This document shows positions 61,040-64,000 of a stretch of DNA of 64,000 nucleotides, in pieces (within the stretch, counting starts at the first letter, position 1; every line of letters starts with the position of its first letter). Source of the stretch: Mobula birostris (Eukaryota); the NCBI RefSeq assembly GCF_030028105.1, contig NC_092395.1, forward strand, positions 43,552,459-43,616,458, read 5' to 3'. The position numbers and the translations under genes are program-made. The notes beneath the pieces were generated by a model. The model was not told where the DNA came from, ran no database searches, and saw nothing but the letters and a program-made list of their open reading frames with translations.

Positions 61040-61330
61040 AACACATAGGAGCAGAAACAGGTCATTCAGCTCATCTACTCCACCATTCCATCATGGCTGA
61101 TTTATTATCCCTCTCATTCACCTGCTTCTGCCTTGTCCGTATCCGCGTCGACGCCTTTACTTTTCAAGAAACTGTCAATCTCCACTTCAAGTATACTTAA
61201 TGACTTGGCCGGCACAGTGGTCTGTCGCAATGAATTCCACTGATTCACCACCCTCTCGCGAAAGAAATTCCTCCTCATCTCTGTTCGAAGATGATATGCT
61301 TGTCTTCTCAAACTCTTCCCTCTGGTCCTT
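61040..61330 (-). mobile_element. CR1 3' end fragment (antisense), unusually CpG-rich
   Basis: Minus frame LRTEMRRNFFRERVVNQWNSL; homologous to 20450-20720 and 40200-40480. Confidence 0.75.
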
Positions 61331-62476
61331 GACTAATTGGAACTCAGAGAGCAACTTAGGAACAGGTCGGTGTGAGGTTTCTTTGTTTGATTGGAATGGT
61401 GGGACTTGCCCATTGGGGGGGTGGTGTTTTTGTGAGTGTGTTTTCTTTCTCAGGATCTCTGTGCTGTGCGAAGTCGAACCTTGGATTTCCCCTCCACTCG
61501 ACCTTTCCATGCAAGTACAAACAGCACTGATCACACTTCCAGCTCTACCAGGATTGCTGGTTCTCTCTTTACCTCCCCCTGTTACCCATCCCGCATCTCT
61601 CCCAACCGGTTCTCTTCCCGCCTTTCTGTCTCCTGGACATTTATTCTCTGATCTCACCTTCGCTACCGGCTGTTTCTCTGTCACCCCCTCTCTCTATCCA
61701 TCCCATCTCCTTCCCTCTGTCTATATCTCTCTTTCTCTGACACACACACTCTTCCTCCCTCTGCCACCATTATCATGCTCCTCAGCCGAGGGAAGCAGGC
61801 ATTATTTGAAATCCCGGACTGAATCGCCCAGTGGTGACTACCCTGTCCATCGAGGTAACGACAAGAGGATAAGGGGGAGGTCAGCGGCGGAGGGCTCTGA
61901 GCGAGTTGCTGGGGAGGGAGACGAAGGATCAAAGTCGGAGCAGAGTTCGGGAAATGAATACAGTGGCGCTGCAAATGGAGAGAGGATAAGAGTTCAGCCT
62001 CGGAAGCTTTTGCGGAGTGGTCATTTCTGGCAAAACTTCTTTAGCCCATAATGTAATTACAATTTATTCCTCTCTCCACCAATGCTGCTCCAGAAACTGA
62101 ATATTTCCAGCCACGTTCATGTTCATTTCCTTCACTAACCTTCCCAACATCAACTGGTTTGTTCTCATTTTTTTCGCAACCTAACAATCAACCCACCACA
62201 CTGACCCGATTCTTTCCAGTATCTCCGCAATGGAACTTCCCGTCTTTTGTTGCTGACATTCGGTGTCCAAGGCTGCCGGATAGATTTCCTGAGTTCACGA
62301 ACCAGAGAGAGACGAGTCTCTTCTCGCTTCCCTCCTCCTACTCGGTATCAGAATAGGAAAAACACGAATGAAGACGAAAGGCGCACACGGAAATCATTCG
62401 TGCTCTGATCGTCTTCATTGGTAGTTAATCACCATTACCGTTTGTCAGTCTGATACTGATAATGTATCACAAAACG

Positions 62477-62482
62477 TTTATT
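62477..62482 (-). terminator. Poly(A) signal AATAAA for the Ig light-chain transcript
   Basis: tttatt on the plus strand about 290 nt past the stop codon, followed on the minus strand by cgttttgtgat; a second AATAAA lies at 62063-62068. Confidence 0.65.
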
Positions 62483-62770
62483 AATTTTTCTAATTAAACC
62501 AACCCCAATTTCAGAGAAAACCATTCACAGCCTGAAATTTCAAGAAGCCAAGTAACTGTCCGTGTTACCACCGTGTAGCCTCTCAGTAGGAAAAAAGAAA
62601 AAAATCCGCCTCAAATCAGAGCACAAATATTCCAACACCACAGTGCAAACTACAGAGAGCGGAACAGAAGGGAAATACAGTGAAGAGCGAGTAAGAGTGG
62701 TAAAGGTGAAAGATACAAGGCCATGATCCCCTGTTAATCGGGAACAAACAAGGCCAAAGCCGCGCTCTGT

Positions 62771-63093
62771 TTAACAGCTGGATTGTGTGACTGTTGCGGA
62801 TATTGTCGAGGCTGCTCCTTGTTGAACTGAGCAGGAGTACCTCTTCCCATTGCTCCAGTCTGCGCCGGGCACCGTCAGGTAGCTGCTGAGACTGAAGGTT
62901 TTGTCTGCGTTCTGAGTCACCCCGCTGGTTTGCACCTCACTGCTCGTCGGACTGTCGTTCACTGTCCAGCTGACGACAGGGAAGCCCATCGACGATTTAC
63001 TGACCAGGCAAACTAAGGTGCCCGATCCTTTAGCAGAGATCTCCTCGGCTGACGGCCCAAGCAGTTTCACTGAAGGGTCCGGGAGTTGCGGAG
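62771..63093 (-). CDS. Immunoglobulin light-chain constant exon (C1-set), most like the sigma isotype; V and J lie outside the window
   Basis: Polypyrimidine tract and AG acceptor at 63094-63115, phase 1. (A)PQLPDPSVKLLGPSAEEISAKGSGTLVCLVS...VVSWTVN...DKTFSLSSYLTV..DW...RYSCSVQQG...QSSC*. Both canonical Cys, the Trp and a terminal interchain Cys are present. The CxxQQ motif (no His) and the missing FYP motif point to sigma (isotype call about 0.65). Confidence 0.92.
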
Positions 63094-63437
63094 CTGAACG
63101 AGAAGAAGAAAAAAAAAGACGTGTTTCAAAACACGAAAGATCTCTCGTCATTCTTTTTTTTACAAAACTATAAAAGGTTATTGACATCATATATACACAA
63201 AGTGCAGACTTTCAATATTTACAAGACAGTAAGTATACTCAGATTAAAATATGGTTACTACCGTCTATAAAACAGTCCATACACCGTGGGGTTCATCGCT
63301 CCTCCACAATTTGACAGAGAGCAAGTAAAAGGTTTCAGGTTCATTGAGTGGGGCTGCGAGTCTCACTGAAAGACAGCGCAGTGCCCATGGAGGACAGTGC
63401 GTATTGCTTATACTGCAACACTGGAAATCTACTCCAA

Positions 63438-63473
63438 CAGGTGAAGTTTTTTGGCGCTGAGTCATTCCCGGAA
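63438..63473. promoter_or_regulatory. Candidate J-C intronic enhancer motif cluster
   Basis: E-box CAGGTG 63438-63443; AP-1/MARE-like (GC)TGAGTCA 63458-63464 abutting a palindromic GAS/STAT site TTCCCGGAA 63465-63473; second GCAGGTGG at 63847-63854. Confidence 0.4.
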
Positions 63474-64000
63474 TTGAGAGACACACTGGCATCAAAGCGC
63501 CCCCAGAGTAGTTAAGTGCCCACTCTCTGTTCCATCTCCGTGACACGTTCCTCCTCTTCCCTCCGACCCACCCACCCATCACTAATGTCGCAGCTTCTGC
63601 AGGGAGAAAAAAAAATCTCACAATCTGCTCTGCCCCAATGGGCGAGAGCACCAAAAGCGCGGTCCTGAGCTCCATGGATCGGGGCAGGGTAGGTCGTTCT
63701 GTGATTTCTGATGATGTCGAAGGATTCGGCTCCCACCCACTGTGCGGATTGGGAGATTGCATTCTCCGCAGGAGCTCTGGCCATAGTCGGTGTAGTGTCG
63801 GGATCGCTGAAAAGTGGTTCCCCAGAAAGGAACAACGCTCAAATGAGCAGGTGGAAAGGAGGCGAGGGCTGGACACTGCGAGAGGGTATTTTAATTGATG
63901 GGTGCTGGAGGAGAGTTCCACCCTCACTGGGAGGACAGCAAGTCCAGTAAGTGTCAGAGGGATGTTTCGCGGGAATGTGCTAAACAATAACTTAAAACTT

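Noticed and set aside
61200-62051. 283-aa plus-strand ORF
   Set aside because: It runs through a CR1 fragment and CT-rich low-complexity sequence, with no domain or splice logic.
19430-63720. Other CTGATGA occurrences as possible hammerheads (about 19433, 24585, 34992, 47750, 50070, 63708)
   Set aside because: None has a stem II followed by GAAA and an NUH triplet.
23403-63744. RSS-like heptamers (CACAGTG/CACTGTG at 23403, about 41804, 62639, 63738)
   Set aside because: None has an ACAAAAACC-like nonamer at a 12- or 23-nt spacer; two lie inside CR1 coding sequence.
63265-63987. 240-aa minus-strand ORF upstream of the C exon, with a leader-like MELRTALLVL and a CACGGTG near its end
   Set aside because: No V-domain Cys/Trp/YYC pattern or FGxG J motif in any frame I checked, and no nonamer at 12 or 23 nt from the heptamer. 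Best read as a chance ORF in GC-rich intron.

Overview
This is eukaryotic (vertebrate) genomic DNA, almost certainly from a cartilaginous fish. The evidence is elasmobranch-type CR1/SINE repeats and a sigma-type Ig light-chain constant exon; the taxon is inferred, not looked up. Most of the window is retrotransposon sequence: CR1 LINE fragments; a full-length but disabled L1 with a 14-bp TSD (26400-32044); a second, 3'-truncated L1; a Nimb/I-clade LINE; a Gmr1-like Gypsy with SCAN-type Gag and PR-IN-RT order (3551-8428); several Tf1/sushi-type chromoviruses; a PNMA-Gag Gypsy nested in one of them; and six solo LTRs. The middle of the window is a decayed tandem triplication (about 17-26 kb, 33-45 kb, 46-61 kb) whose copies show reciprocal filled and empty insertion sites. 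The only host gene seen is an Ig light-chain constant exon (62771-63093, minus strand) with a poly(A) signal and a J-C intron carrying an enhancer-like motif cluster; its V and J segments lie beyond the right edge. The most notable signals are a minimal Penelope-type hammerhead ribozyme motif (1869-1906), covarying 10-11-nt LTR/PBS complementarity (self-priming) in three different LTR families, and the candidate IgL intronic enhancer. All identity estimates are by eye.
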